A stretch of DNA of 64,000 bases from Camelus ferus (Eukaryota): positions 5,768,001-5,832,000 of the forward strand of contig NC_045697.1 in assembly GCF_009834535.1 (NCBI RefSeq), written 5' to 3'. A program made the position numbers and the translations under genes. Under the pieces are notes generated by a model. It searched no databases and was not told where the DNA came from. It was given only the letters and a program-made list of their open reading frames with translations. This document shows positions 14,201 through 26,235 of the stretch, piece by piece; within the stretch, counting starts at the first letter, position 1; each line of letters begins with the position of its first letter.

Positions 14201-14979
14201 GGTCAGATTTGTTCTCTGTTTGACAAAATCAATAATATTTGTGAGCACTTACTAAGCTCCAAGCACCAGGGGATGCATGTGGGGAGGCTGAGGGTGAGGA
14301 GGTGACACTGCCCTATTTCACCAGAAGGGTCTGTGCCCAGCAGAGGCTCGGGGCTGCTGGTGCATCAATGGGTGAATGATGGTGTCAGGGGCTGTGAGGC
14401 ACCCCCACCCGTCCACTCAGGGGAGGGGCACGTACCAGCGAGAGATGGATGCTCAGAGACCAGCTCAAAGACCCACCAGACTGTGACGAGGAAAGATAAT
14501 GGCTAGAGGAGCACAGCCTGGCGGCCCAGAACACAGGTGATGGGATTCTAGGACATTCACTCCTGAAGGGACACAGGGACTATTTCATCCGGGGGCTGAG
14601 AAGACCTTCCTCTTTAGTGCTGCTGGTCTGGTCAGCCATGTCTGCCGGGAGCACAGTGCTGGGAGGAGTGTGGTCAGTGAGAAAGTGCAGGTACAGGCGA
14701 GCAGTGGCAAACACCCTGGGATGGCCTGTCGCATGCCTGGGAACAGGGCTCCTCCCTGCCGGCGCCTGGCTGGCCAAGCCCTGTGGTTTGGGCCGAGCCC
14801 AGAGCCTGTGGATTCCCATACCAGCTATTCCTCTGCCATGAAAACCAACACCAGCTGCTGCAAGACGACTGTAAATCTTAAAACCACAGAGCTGAAGGGA
14901 GACTTAGACTCTAGTCTGCTGCTTCCCAAAGTGATGATTTCATGGAAAAAGAACTTCAGTGGCTAAAAAATTTAAAATA

Positions 14980-15098
14980 TTTTTTGGTGGGGAGGTAATT
15001 AAGTCTATTTATTTATTTTAGAGGAGGTACTGGGGATTGAACTCAGGACCTTGTGCATGCTAAGCATGCACTCTACCACTTGAGCTATACCCTCCCCC
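14980..15098 (-). mobile_element. tRNA-derived SINE (camelid-type)
   Basis: Minus strand GGGGGAGGGTATAGCTCAAGTGGTAGAGTGCATGCTTAGCATGCACAAGGTCCTGAGTTCAATCCCCAGTACCTCC with A and B boxes and an AAAT/CCCC tail. Confidence 0.85.
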
Positions 15099-15334
15099 TA
15101 AAATAATTTAAAAATTAAAAATAAAAAGGCCAGGTAACACTTATTTTTGAGCACCACCTGGTGTCCGGCACTGCAGTAAGCACACTGGACCCATCAGTTC
15201 TATTAAGGTGGTCAGCAGAGCCCTTAGGGAATGCTGAGATTCCAATAACAGATTCCCTCTTTGCTTTGGCCACCAGGAATCTCATGGCTGAAGGCAAAGC
15301 TCATGTGTGTAAACTGGCAGGACTCTTTATAGTA

Positions 15335-15743
15335 AGAGTTTGCTAGGGCCGCCATAACTAAGTACCACCGCTGAGGGGCTTAAATGACAGACATTTATTG
15401 CCTCAGAATTCTGGAGACCAGAGTCAACATCAAGATGGTGGCAGGGCGATGGCCCTCTGAAGGTGCTGAGGAAGAGTCTGTTCCCGACTTCCCCTCCTGT
15501 TTTCTTGGCTGTGGTAGCAGGACTGTAATCATCACATGGCCTTCTCCCTGTGTCTGTGCCCCCATTTCTCCTTTTATAGGGACGCCAGTCATCCTGGGTT
15601 AGGGCCCCACCTTCCTCCAGTATGACCTCATCTTAACTTGTACGATTATACCTGAATGACCCAACTCCCAAACAGCATCACGTCCTGAGGTCCTGGGGGT
15701 TCCCCATACGGAATGAGGGGGCACACATGAACATTCAGTGCAC
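15335..15743 (-). mobile_element. MaLR (MLT1-type) solo LTR
   Basis: GTTTGCTAGGGCCGCCATAACTAAGTACCAC...TTTATTGCCTCAGAATTCTGGAG...TGACCTCATCTTAACT. Confidence 0.8.
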
Positions 15744-16564
15744 AACAAGCCTCAACCGTACATACCACGCACGACATGCTGTATGTTACACACATCCCGA
15801 CATCCCCATGTGTGCAACATACAGACACACCCTGGTTTTACGTTATCCCCTGCCTCTATTTTCTCTTTGTCTCCTTGGATATTTTAGAAATATAAACATC
15901 TATTTGTCTTTCTATAGTCTTGGAGCAAAGCAAGTCTTAATAAATAACAAAATAATGGAACTGTGCTGTGTTGATGTGCAGGGGCCAGCTGGCTGGAAAT
16001 GCGGTGACACTCCCCGCAGTGTCCCCAAGGCCACTGGCTTTCATGCTGTTCTCCCTGGAGTCTCTGGGGGTCTCACGGAGCCCCCTCAGGGTCTACGGCC
16101 GTGCAGGCAGGGCTCCGGCCGCACCCTTGGGGAACCCCAGCTCTGTGGGATGGGCTTCGTGAGCCACATGGCAGGTGAACAGCCCACACACACGATCGCT
16201 TGGGAAACCCTGAGGCCAAACCAGCCGCAGCGGGTCAGCCGGCAGGAAGCGGCGTCTCCCCTCAAAGCTGTTATTCCACTGTCTCTGTCTTTTTTCCTAC
16301 AGTTGAAGGGTTGGGTGGTCTACTGCCAAGGGCCCTGGTAAAATCACCTGGTAATTTGACAATCTCAGGGGCCAAAAGTGAAATGACCAACTTCCTTTAG
16401 CAGGTGGCCTTGTCTGTCACTGGCCTTGCTGCTGGGGTCTCGCGGAATCACAGGCAGATTCAAGACCTGGGTTGCTCAGCAGACTACTGGCACAGCTGCC
16501 TTCCCCGGGTCCCCTGGCCGCCCCTCCGTGCCACGGACTCTGGCCTGCCCTGTGTCTTGCTCTA

Positions 16565-16953
16565 TGTTATGGACTGAATGGTGACACCCCCTAAATTCGT
16601 ATGTTGAAGCGCTCACCTCTAGAACTCAGAATGTACCTGTATTTGGAGATAGAGTCTTTAAAGAGGTAATTGAGGTAAAATGAGGTCATAACGGTGGGCC
16701 CTGATCCAATATGACCGGTGTCCTTATAAGAAGTGGGGATCAGAACACAGACACCACAGAGGGACGACCTTGTGAGGACACAGGGAGAAGACGGCCGTCT
16801 ACAGGCCGAGGAGAGAGGCCTCAGAAGGAACCAACCCTGCCCACACCTCGATCTCAGACTCCCTGCCTCCAGGACTGGGAGAAAATTAATCTCCCTTGTT
16901 TCAGCCGCCCAGTCTGCAGTGCTTTGTTTGGGCAGCCCTGGCAAAGGGATACA
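16565..16953 (+). mobile_element. MaLR (MLT1A/B-like) solo LTR
   Basis: TGTTATGGACTGAATGG...TATTTGGAGATAGAGTCTTTAAAGAGGTAATT...GGCCCTGATCCAATATGACCGGTGTCCTTATAAGAAG. Confidence 0.88.
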
Positions 16954-18516
16954 CTCTATATTTGGAAGTAAACCAAATTCAGGCATAAATTAAATAATAA
17001 ACAAGAGAAAATTCTATGTCTGCACCAAACTTTGCTTTCTGTTAGAAATAATTTTCCAAAAAAGGGGTAAAATTCTGCCTCTCACACAGACATGAAAATG
17101 AATATGTTAAAGATTTGACTGAACAAGTTAATCAGGGTGGGGACCAGGCAGATGTTGTAACTGGCTCAGCAGAGAACTCACAGAACAGACACACTTTTGG
17201 GTCAGGAATATGGAAATGGTGTGAAATGGAGGCAGGGCTGGGTTTTCGCATCAGGGGAGAAGCCAGCTGAACCTCTGCAGGACAGGACAGGGGCCACGAG
17301 AATTATTTTGCATTCCTATGGGCGCCAGGCTGAGTCAGGTTTACGTGTTTGCATTATGTATAACCATAAAGGGTACTGTTTGGAAAATTATTCATTTTGC
17401 TTCTCTTTTTCCTCTAAGAACTCAAACTTCCTCCATGATGATCCAAGCATCCATCTGCCGTGGGTGGGGGTGGAGTGAGAGCAGGAATATTACAGAAGAA
17501 GCGAAGACAGAGGTCGAGGAACTATTGGGTCCCCGCATGCAGAATGAATCTCACAGCAAGACAATAGATCCGAGAGCCAGGGTTTTGCTAGAGAGATGGG
17601 ATTTTCAAAAGTCCTTTCTCTCCTCTGTCAGCACATCCTGGCCCAGCTGGGTTAGAGGGCTGCAGAGACGGCGAGGCCAGCCCTGGGGCCCAGGAGATGG
17701 GATGCTTTTGCCCTGAAGGCAAAGGAAGGAGAGCAGATGGGCGTCTGATTCACCCCTCCAGGCATCCTGCAGGTGAACTCACCGAGGCCTCCACTTAGGA
17801 GCAAGGGAAACCCTGTCCCTACCTCCTGTTGACCTCCGGTGTCCCTTATAAGGACACAGTTCTGTGGGATCAGGCCCCAGTGTTATAGCCTCATTTTTCC
17901 GGAGGGAGACATAATTCAGTCCTTAGCAACCACTGTCTAGTTTTAGAATCTTTTCATCATCCCAAGTGGAAACCCCAAACTCATTAGTAGTCACTTCCCA
18001 TCCCGCCCCCTGTCCCCCGCCCCCCACCCACTCATCTGCTTTCTTTGTCTGCTGGTTTGTCTATTCTGGGCATTTCATACAAATGGAATCGTGTATCACA
18101 TGCAATCTCCTGTGTCTGGCTCCCTTCACTCATCATCGTGTCTTCCAGGGTCACCCATGAGTTAGAGCTATTTTCAAAGCCCCTTTGTACAGAGGAAACA
18201 CCAGAACCCAGCGAACCGTGGCGAGTTCACCCAGCTGTTTTGTGGCGTCTCCTCTCACAGCCGCTTGAACCCTGGAGTCTGGGACATTGTCGGCACTCGG
18301 CAAGGTTTAAAAATAAATGAGTAAGTGACTTCCCTTCCTGGGACACATTCCTGCAAACTGAAGAAAGAGGAGGCTACTTGGCCAGCAGGCTTGGGCTGAG
18401 GGGCGGGGCGTGGGGGGTGTGGCTCAGGTGGGGGAAAGCGGCCAGGCAGCCTCTGGGGGCAGCCTTAGCGGCTGAGGTCACCCAGCCGCGGTCTCCGCTT
18501 ATTTCGGGGGACTATA

Positions 18517-18531
18517 CCGCCATCTGGTGGC
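18517..18531 (-). promoter_or_regulatory. CTCF core motif
   Basis: Minus strand GCCACCAGATGGCGG matches CCASYAGRKGGCRS, in a locally CpG-rich patch with a GC box at about 18400. Confidence 0.6.
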
Positions 18532-19966
18532 TGGAGGAAAACCCGACACGAAACAGCTCGGTGGCCGGTAGGTTTCCTGGTAATTTCAAGGAAAAGAGAG
18601 CTTTTTGGGTAGGGCACCTGCCATCCGCCCAGAACTGTGCTGGACCCTCACAAACAGCATCGGACTGCAGGGGGCGAGACGGGACATGAGACGAGGATTC
18701 CAAGCGGTGATACCTACACATTTTTTGACAAGGAGAGATGTTTATGACAATTTGCTTTGTAGAAAGGCAGAAAGAAGTGTGTATGGTTATGAGCTGATTT
18801 TATAAATGTTGAGCTCTCTGAATGTATTTGTCTCTGACTGCAGAGGAGAATATCTGGAAGGGAACACACAACGACGGAAGTGGTGCTTGACCTCATTGGC
18901 TGGTGAAGTAGGGGTGTGTGGGGGGAGGGCCGGGGCAGTGGGGGAGGGGGGCAGCAGGCTCAGCTGTTGTTGTCAGGACGAGAATCACAGTTATCAGCAT
19001 CACTCTCATCACCGTCACCTCTGGGATGGAAATACTGTTCCTTTTTACTTATTTGTATTTTCTGATCTTTCTCTATCGTCCATGTTATGTAGAAAAAAGA
19101 AGAAATTAAAAAGAAGAGGGTGGGATAAGCTCCAGTGTAGACGACTTATGACTCACAAATATCACGGCCGCGGGTTGTCTAGAAACCCACCAACCACCTG
19201 CCAGGCAAGCCCTGCATTCTGGGCCTGGTCTGATCCTGGCTCTGGGGCCACCAACTCACCTGGGACCTTGGGACCCAACCGCCCAGCTGGGTGGAATGAG
19301 GCAAGTTCCCTGACCTCCCAGGGAGTCACCTTCCTATACTGTAAATGCGGACAATCACAGGGTCTACCCAGCAGGGTGTCACTGGAGCTTAAAAGGGTTG
19401 ACGCTTCTGTTTCCATTGTGCCGGCCCATGAGAAACACGATGCATCTTTGCTACTGGGAAAGTCACCACCTCCCATCTCAGGGCATCTACCCACCGAGGG
19501 ATTCAGAAGAAAGCAGAGCGTCCCCAGCTACTGTCCTATCACCTGCCTCAGAATCATCTGGGGAGCTGTGGCCTTGACCTACAGGGGCTAAATTTCCAAA
19601 GATCTGCTTTGTTAACAAGCCTTCCCGTTGACCTCACAGAAAGTGGAGACCCACGGAAACAGGATATAATTCCTAAGGTCCCTTCCAGCTCAGACAGTCA
19701 TAGATGCTGGGGTTCTTCTGAAGACCTGCCCAATCTCTTAGCTTCTGCACCCCAATTTTGTAATGAAAGGTAGTTCTTGGCCCAGGAGAGTTCTACAGGA
19801 ACCTCATTACGGGTCATCCTCAGAGAATGTTCACAGAGCACTAGGACTGAGAACACCTTGGTCCAGTCAGGATACTGAAGTCCAGGGAGTAGAGGGCATT
19901 TGTCACACGGCTGGCTGGTGATGGAGCTGAGAACACAGTCCAGGTGCCCTGACTCCGGGGTCAATG

Positions 19967-20016
19967 ATGTGCACGCGCACGCACACACACGCACACATAT
20001 GTACACACGTGTGCAC
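19967..20016. repeat. 50-nt perfectly alternating purine-pyrimidine tract
   Basis: ATGTGCACGCGCACGCACACACACGCACACATATGTACACACGTGTGCAC. Confidence 0.85.
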
Positions 20017-22594
20017 TCATACTCTTGCTGCAGATGGCCCATGCTACGTGCACACCACAAAGTCAAGGCGTGGCCCACTGCAAGAGAATCTTCCATCCAA
20101 GAGCACAGTCACACACTTCCTTTTCACCACTTCTAAGCTTTGCCTTATTTAGGTTAAGGCTTTAGGGCAGAATAATAAAGGGAGAAAGGAAAGAGGCAGG
20201 AGATACACATTTAAAAGCTTTGGTTTTCATTTTTCCCTAAACTTTGCCTCTACAAGAACACATTACTGTCCTCGTCAAGAAGATTTACTTCCGCCTGGGC
20301 ACATCCCACTCTTCGGGCCATGGGCAGAACCCAGGTGACAGGAGGCACACTGTAGACGTTTACTGATGGGGGCAGGAACTCTTCAGGGGTTTGGTCTGAG
20401 CCACTGGACGAATGGGGTTGCCATTTAATGAGGTGGGCCAGAGCGGGGGAGAGGATGAGGTGCTTGGTTTTGAAAATGTTCTGTCTGAGATGTCTGCTGG
20501 CCATTCAGGTAAGGGGAGGGGTTCTAGAGTCTGGGGAGAGGCCTGGGGCAGACACAAGTTCGGGAGGGACGGCCGAGGGAGAGCAAGGACGGGGCCGGTT
20601 GCAGGCCTGTGCTCTGGGGCACCCCGACTCCTGCATGAGGAGGGGAACAGGAAGCTGAGATGAGCAGTCAGCAAGGTGAGGGGAAGCCCAGAACGAGCGG
20701 GCCTCCAGGAGGCCCCGGCTCTTGTCTCCCGGAGGAAGAGTCACTTCACTGCTGAGCTATCAGCACTGCCCAGGAGTCAGCTGAGGTGGGGACCGAGAAC
20801 CACCGCTGGGCCATCAGTGGAGACCTGGGCAAAAAGGGTTTCAGTGGAGTAGTGGGGACAGAAGTCATCTGCTAGAACAGGGTGCCAGCGAGAAAAGGAA
20901 ATTAGAGGATCAATCCAGGAGGTCCACTATTTTGACTGAAAGAACATTGCTTTGACTGTTATTTACTGAACATCTAGTAAATGCCAGGCACTGTCCAGGC
21001 ACTGGGGACAGAGCAGTGAACAAGAGACAAAAACCTCGGGGGCGTACATCCTGGTGGGGAAACAAATGAAATCTATAGTAGGTTTGACAGTAGAAAGTCC
21101 TAATGAGAAAAACAAAGCTGGAGGGAGTGGGCTGGGGTGGGAGAGGCTGCAGGTAGGTGGGGGTGCAATCTATAGGCACAGGCACAGGCACAGGGATTTG
21201 GCAGGTGTGGGGGAAGGCTGAGGGATCCTTTCTGTTTGCTTCTGCGTCTGCAGAGAAATAGGAAGCAAGGTCCTGAGCGGGGGAGGAGGCGGGGAGGTAG
21301 AGAGGCTGGAGAACACAGTGAGGACAGAGACAGTCATTCAGGACAGCACAGGGTCCAGAGAACGAGGAGGGAGGCAGGACAGACCCAGGGCTCACCAGGA
21401 GCTGCAGGAGAAACCAGAGGATGGCTTCTCACCAGCCTGGCTCAGTGACCGACATAGAGGAGCAGAGGGCAGGTGGAGGTTTACCAGGTAAGCTTGATAA
21501 AGAGGCCAGAGGGCAGATCATGGCAAGATGGCCCATGGGGCTTAGCCCGGGAAGGAGGTGGACAGGGACACGAGAGGCTGTGAAAAGATGAGCTGACCAA
21601 TGGACCGTGGGTCCCAGTGGGGTTGAAGGGTTGGTGAGGTCAGGATACTGGAGGGAGGAGCTGGAAAGAGCCGGAGTGGGGATGAGAAAGAGGACAAGTG
21701 GGAAGATGGAAAGAAATGACCATCCATGTGCAACTACCAGGCATCAAGTTCACTGCCAGGCACGCCCCTGAGACCTCGGGCCTCGCCCACAGCTGCACGT
21801 CCCTGTGCAGGTCAGCAAACCCGTGGGACCTTGGGCTCCCCCATCTTTAGGGCAGGGACAGTAGGTGCTCGCTGCCCCGGCTTTGTGGACTGCAGTGCCC
21901 TGAATGATTGGGAACACCAGGAGTTGCACCTGAATCTGACTTCACAGCTGACCTCCTGGTCTGCAACCATGGTTTTTCCAAGAAAATCCTGCCCTGCCCG
22001 TGTCTCTTGCTGGCTGTCTATTTCTGAGCTAGGACTGATGCCGGCAGGATTGGAGTTGCCCTTACACACTCCGGTCCTCTGTGCAAACAGTTCTCTGGAC
22101 CAGTGACTTCTGCTGTCCACAAGGGTAACCGCATTTTCTGCCCTGGATCTCACTTTGCCATTCCAGCGACAGTGCTGTGGACACGACCCATGGCCCCACA
22201 GAGGCCAGCAGGTCCACTGGGCGGCTGAGAGGAGGAGCAGGCTCAGGAGCTCTGTCCAGCAACCAGACCTGGGCAGGTATTTTCAAGTGGATGAGATCAT
22301 TCGAGCCTTGTAAGAATGCTGAAAGCTATTTATCTCATGCTGCAGAAAAGCAAACCCAGAGAAGGTTCTGAGAGGTGGAGTAGCTTGCCCACGAGCTCAC
22401 CAGGAGGTGGCGGCCAGGGTTCAGGCTCTGCTCTGGGCTCCGGAAGTCCTCTGTCCAGGGCGGCAGAACTGAGCCGGTACTTGTCCTTGCAAGGGTGCCT
22501 GTTGGTGATGGCTATCTTCTTTGTACCACTATGGTCTTCAGATTAATAAAAAATGTTGGAGGAAACACAATATTATATAGAAAGGCAACTTTCA

Positions 22595-22600
22595 TTTATT
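22595..22600 (-). terminator. ZBTB49: ZBTB49 polyadenylation signal (AATAAA)
   Basis: TTTATT on the + strand at the end of an AU-rich 3'UTR about 430 nt past the stop, followed on the minus strand by GU/U-rich TTGTGTTTCC. Confidence 0.7.
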
Positions 22601-23030
22601 CAAATTAAATTATAGTATGAGTTTCCTATACAAATAAAATCTTTTTGTAAATAAAAATACAAAATGCTACAAATTTCAATCATATAAAAATGCAAAAATA
22701 ACATCTGTATTGTGATATATATATTTTCCCTTTATCATGACCAAACGCACAGTAGTTACCCGGAGTCCACGCCGTCGTGCTCACTGAAGCATGAAACGGT
22801 CTCTCAAGCCTTTGGCTTCTGTGACACAAGCTGTGCTGTCTCGTGTCTGCTTCCACGAAGGTCCAGGGGGCCTTCCTTCCCAAATCTTGAGCTGGGGATG
22901 CTTCTGGTTATCAGGCCCCACCAGGAGGGAAGCGGTCCGACCGCTCTCGGGCCGGTTAGGAAGGCAACTGGGGACGGCTTGCTCCTGAAGCTCTGAGAGG
23001 TCTGCACCGAGGCGGCGCCGCCGCAGGACG

Positions 23031-23684
23031 TCACTGGTCCAGCTCGCTCTCATTCTGCAGCGTCTTCATTGCCAGCCCCCAGAGGGTCATGCTGGAGAAG
23101 AACTGTCCGTCCGAGTTCCTGTGCGCGGGGGCCGCGGTGCGGCTGCCCAGGGGGTCCCCGCAGTGCTGGTCCAGCGCGGCCAGCGAGGAGCGGATCATGG
23201 CCATGCCGTCGGCCTGCAGGGGCTCGGCGCCGGCCACGTCCGCGTAAGCGTAAGCCTGAGGCTGCGCCTGCGGCAGCGGGGGCTTGGCGGCTTTAGCCGG
23301 ATCCAAGCTGAGCCTCTCCTGGTCACCGACTCCGTGAGGCTGCACCGTGGGCCGGAACTTACAGTAGGAGCCGGCAGAGTGGCTGTCGAATTCAGTCGCT
23401 GGCTCTTCTTCCACTGGGTGGACGGGGAGCTTAACGGACACGGGCATCAAAGTCACAGACACGTCTTGGGAAAAGGAGTCTGCGCTCTGAGGTTTCCCAG
23501 GCTCCGAGGGGGCGATGGGCGGCGCGAGCCCCGCGTCGTCCGCTCGGCAGTGCATCTTCCGGTGCCGCCGCAGCACGGCCGAGCGCGTGAAGCACTTGCT
23601 GCAGACGTCACACGGTGTACGGCTTCTCCCCGGTGTGAGTGCGGACGTGCCTGCGGAGGTCCCCAGAGCCACCGAAACATTTTC
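23031..23684 (-). CDS. ZBTB49: ZBTB49 terminal coding exon (end of ZF6, ZF7, C-terminal tail), with an apparent 1-bp frameshift at about 23613-23615
   Basis: CTCCAG|GAAAATGT gives GKCFGGSGDLRRHVRTHTGEKPYT; the shifted frame continues [22 protein letters not shown]...[21 protein letters not shown] with TGA ending at 23031. The corrected spliced CDS is 2274 nt (757 aa). Confidence 0.92.
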   Translation of the reverse strand, partial: [217 protein letters not shown]

Positions 23685-23814
23685 CTGGAGGAAGAAAAAG
23701 GGGTCTTTTCAGCGGGGAACATTCTGGAAGGAGTCCCCTCCTCCAACTGCTAAACCCTGGCCCACGCTGCTTTGACTTGAACTCAGTTGGGCCCTGCATC
23801 ACTTGCTCACTCTG

Positions 23815-24571
23815 TATATATATATATATATATTTATTGAAGTATAGTCAGTTTACAATGTGTCAATTTCTACGGTATAGCATAATGCAGTGCTTCAGTC
23901 ACACATGAACATACATATATTCGTTTTCATACTCTTTTTCACAAGTTACTGCAAGATACTGAATACAGTTCTCTGTGCTGTACAGCAGGACCTTCTTGTT
24001 TATCTATTTTATATACATTAGTTAGTATCTGCAAATCTTGAACTCCCAATTATCCCTTACCACCCCCTTCCCTGCCCCACAGCCATAAGTTTTCTATGTC
24101 TGTGAGTCTGTTTTTGTTTTGTAAATAAGTTCGTTTGTCTCTTTTTTATATTCCACATATGAGTGATATCATATGGTCTTTTTCTTTCTTTTTCTTGCTT
24201 CCTTCACTTAGAATGACAATCTCCAGGTCCATCCATGTTGCTGCAAATGGCATTATTTTATCATTTTTTATGGCTAAGTAGTATTCCATTGTATAAATAT
24301 ATCACAGCTTCTTTATCCAGTCATCTGTTGACGGACATTTGGGTTTCTTCCATGTCTTGGCTATTGTAAATAGTGCTGCTATGAACACTGGGGTACATGT
24401 ATCTTTTTGAATTAAGGTTCCCTCTGGATATATGCCCAGGAGTGGGATTGCTGGATCTATTTTTAGTCTTTTGAGGAATCTCCATACTGTTTTCCATAAT
24501 GACTGCATCAAACTCCATTCCCACCACCAGTGTAGGAGGGCTCCCTTTTCTCCACGCCCTCTCCAGCATCG
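23815..24571 (-). mobile_element. 5'-truncated lineage-specific L1 with a 17-bp target-site duplication (TSD), in the last ZBTB49 intron
   Basis: ORF2 C-terminus [25 protein letters not shown]...CTPVFIAALFTIAKTWKKPKCPSTDDWIKKL (24302..24511); TSD ATCAC(T/C)TGCTCACTCTG at 23798-23814 and 24572-24588; (TA)n tail. Confidence 0.92.
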
Positions 24572-25859
24572 ATCACCTGCTCACTCTGGATTCCAGACTT
24601 GTCCACACTTCTCCAGCTGTAGCCCCTCCAACCTTTAGCCTCATCTGGTGCCTCATGCGAGCCCTGGCCGCCCTGCGTGGGAGTGCCTGCTGAGTAGGCC
24701 AGGGCGCTGGCCTGCTACCTATGCTGGGAAACTCTGTCAGTTTTGTTCAGATTTTCATAAATCTAACACAGCCAATCTATAACTTAGAAGCATCTTTTCT
24801 AAAGATACTAATGTGTCCAGCTCCCAACATCATTTTATGTCTCCTTCTCCAGGCTCCCTTTTCTTTTTCTGGATATATCATAGAAGCAGGGGATCTAGTT
24901 CTGCCGTTAGAGTTGGTTAGCAGATCAGAAAGGAAAAACCAATCAGCAACCTTACGGAAGTCATAATATATTTATAAAGGGCTGAAACAAGCTATACAAT
25001 TTACGGGGACACATTTTAGAACTTCTCACTCATTCCTATGTCACTATATTTGAATTCTCAGCCATCCAGTCCTAGTCAAACAATGGTGGGCTATTTGGGC
25101 TGCTTCTAATTGTTTGCTCCTATATCTGAGGTGCAATTAATATCCTTCTTTTCCTTTTTTCCTTAAGATAAATTCTCAACAGTGGAATTACTGGGCAAAA
25201 GGTGATCACTGCTTTCAGGTTCCTTAATATGTACAATTTCAGCCACAGTAGAGTTCCCACGGAGAGAGAGGGGATATGGGAAGTGTCTCTCCTCTGTCCC
25301 TCCATCAGGAGGTCACAGTGAAGCAGCGCCCACCTTCTGCTGGGGAAAATCCAGTGGAGACAGCTGGCTTGCAGGATGGGTGGCAGAGAGGGGAGGGTCA
25401 TCTCTGTGCTGGTGTGGGCCTGCAGACCCCCTGGAGCACAGACCATGGGTATTTCCACAGATCAGACAGGGGTCATGCTTGCCAGTGAGCCAGTCTGGAG
25501 CCTTTTGAAATCCAGCCTAAGAGGACTGCTTTGAGGTGCAGATGGGACCCCAACAGAGAAAGTCTCCTTGGAGTAAACTGCTACAAAACTAAGGGCTAGA
25601 GGGAAAAGTCGGGCTGGAAGAAAAAGCGCCTCTCCATCTTAGAAAGTGCAGCTGAATGCTGGGGAAGGAGAACGGAGTGGGTCTAGGGCTGGCCTTAGAA
25701 GAAGCATGAACTGCTGGAAACAGAGGGACAGGGACAGGGACAGGGGGATGAGATGGAGGGAGGGGAGAGGGAGGTGGAGGAGGGAGGGAGGAGGCAGAGG
25801 AGAGATACAGACAAGCTTCAAACACAGCAAAGCTCAGAACATGAAGCCACCTTAAAATG

Positions 25860-26235
25860 GAAACTATCTTTTGAACCCAGGAAAATGAAAACATACACCC
25901 ACGCATAAACTTGCACGTGAGTGTCCACAGCAAATTTGCTAAGTGAAAGGAGACAATTACGAAAGACCACGTATCATATGATTCCATTGACACAAAATGT
26001 CTGGAACAGGCACACCTATAGGCACAGAAAGTGGACTGATGGCTGCCCAGGGCTGCAGGGAGGGAGTGTGGAGTGACTGCTGCTGGGTGTGGGCTTTCTC
26101 TTCTGGGCTATGAAAACGTTCAGGTTCGATCGTGGTGAGGGAAGCACAACTCTGAATACGCTGAAACCGCCGAACTGTTCACTCTGCACGGTAGATGTTA
26201 CAGTCTGAGGTTTATCTCAATAAGCTATTAAAAAG
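25860..26235 (+). mobile_element. Old L1M 3' fragment
   Basis: ATATGATTCCATT...AAATGTCTGGAACAGGCA...GCACAACTCTGAATA...TATCTCAATAAGCT. Confidence 0.7.

Noticed and set aside
18806..19591. 261-aa plus-strand ORF
   Set aside because: Non-ATG start, runs through repeat-like sequence, and the composition is not protein-like.
23121..23753. 210-aa ORF antisense to the last ZBTB49 exon
   Set aside because: Expected shadow of a GC-rich coding exon; no independent support.
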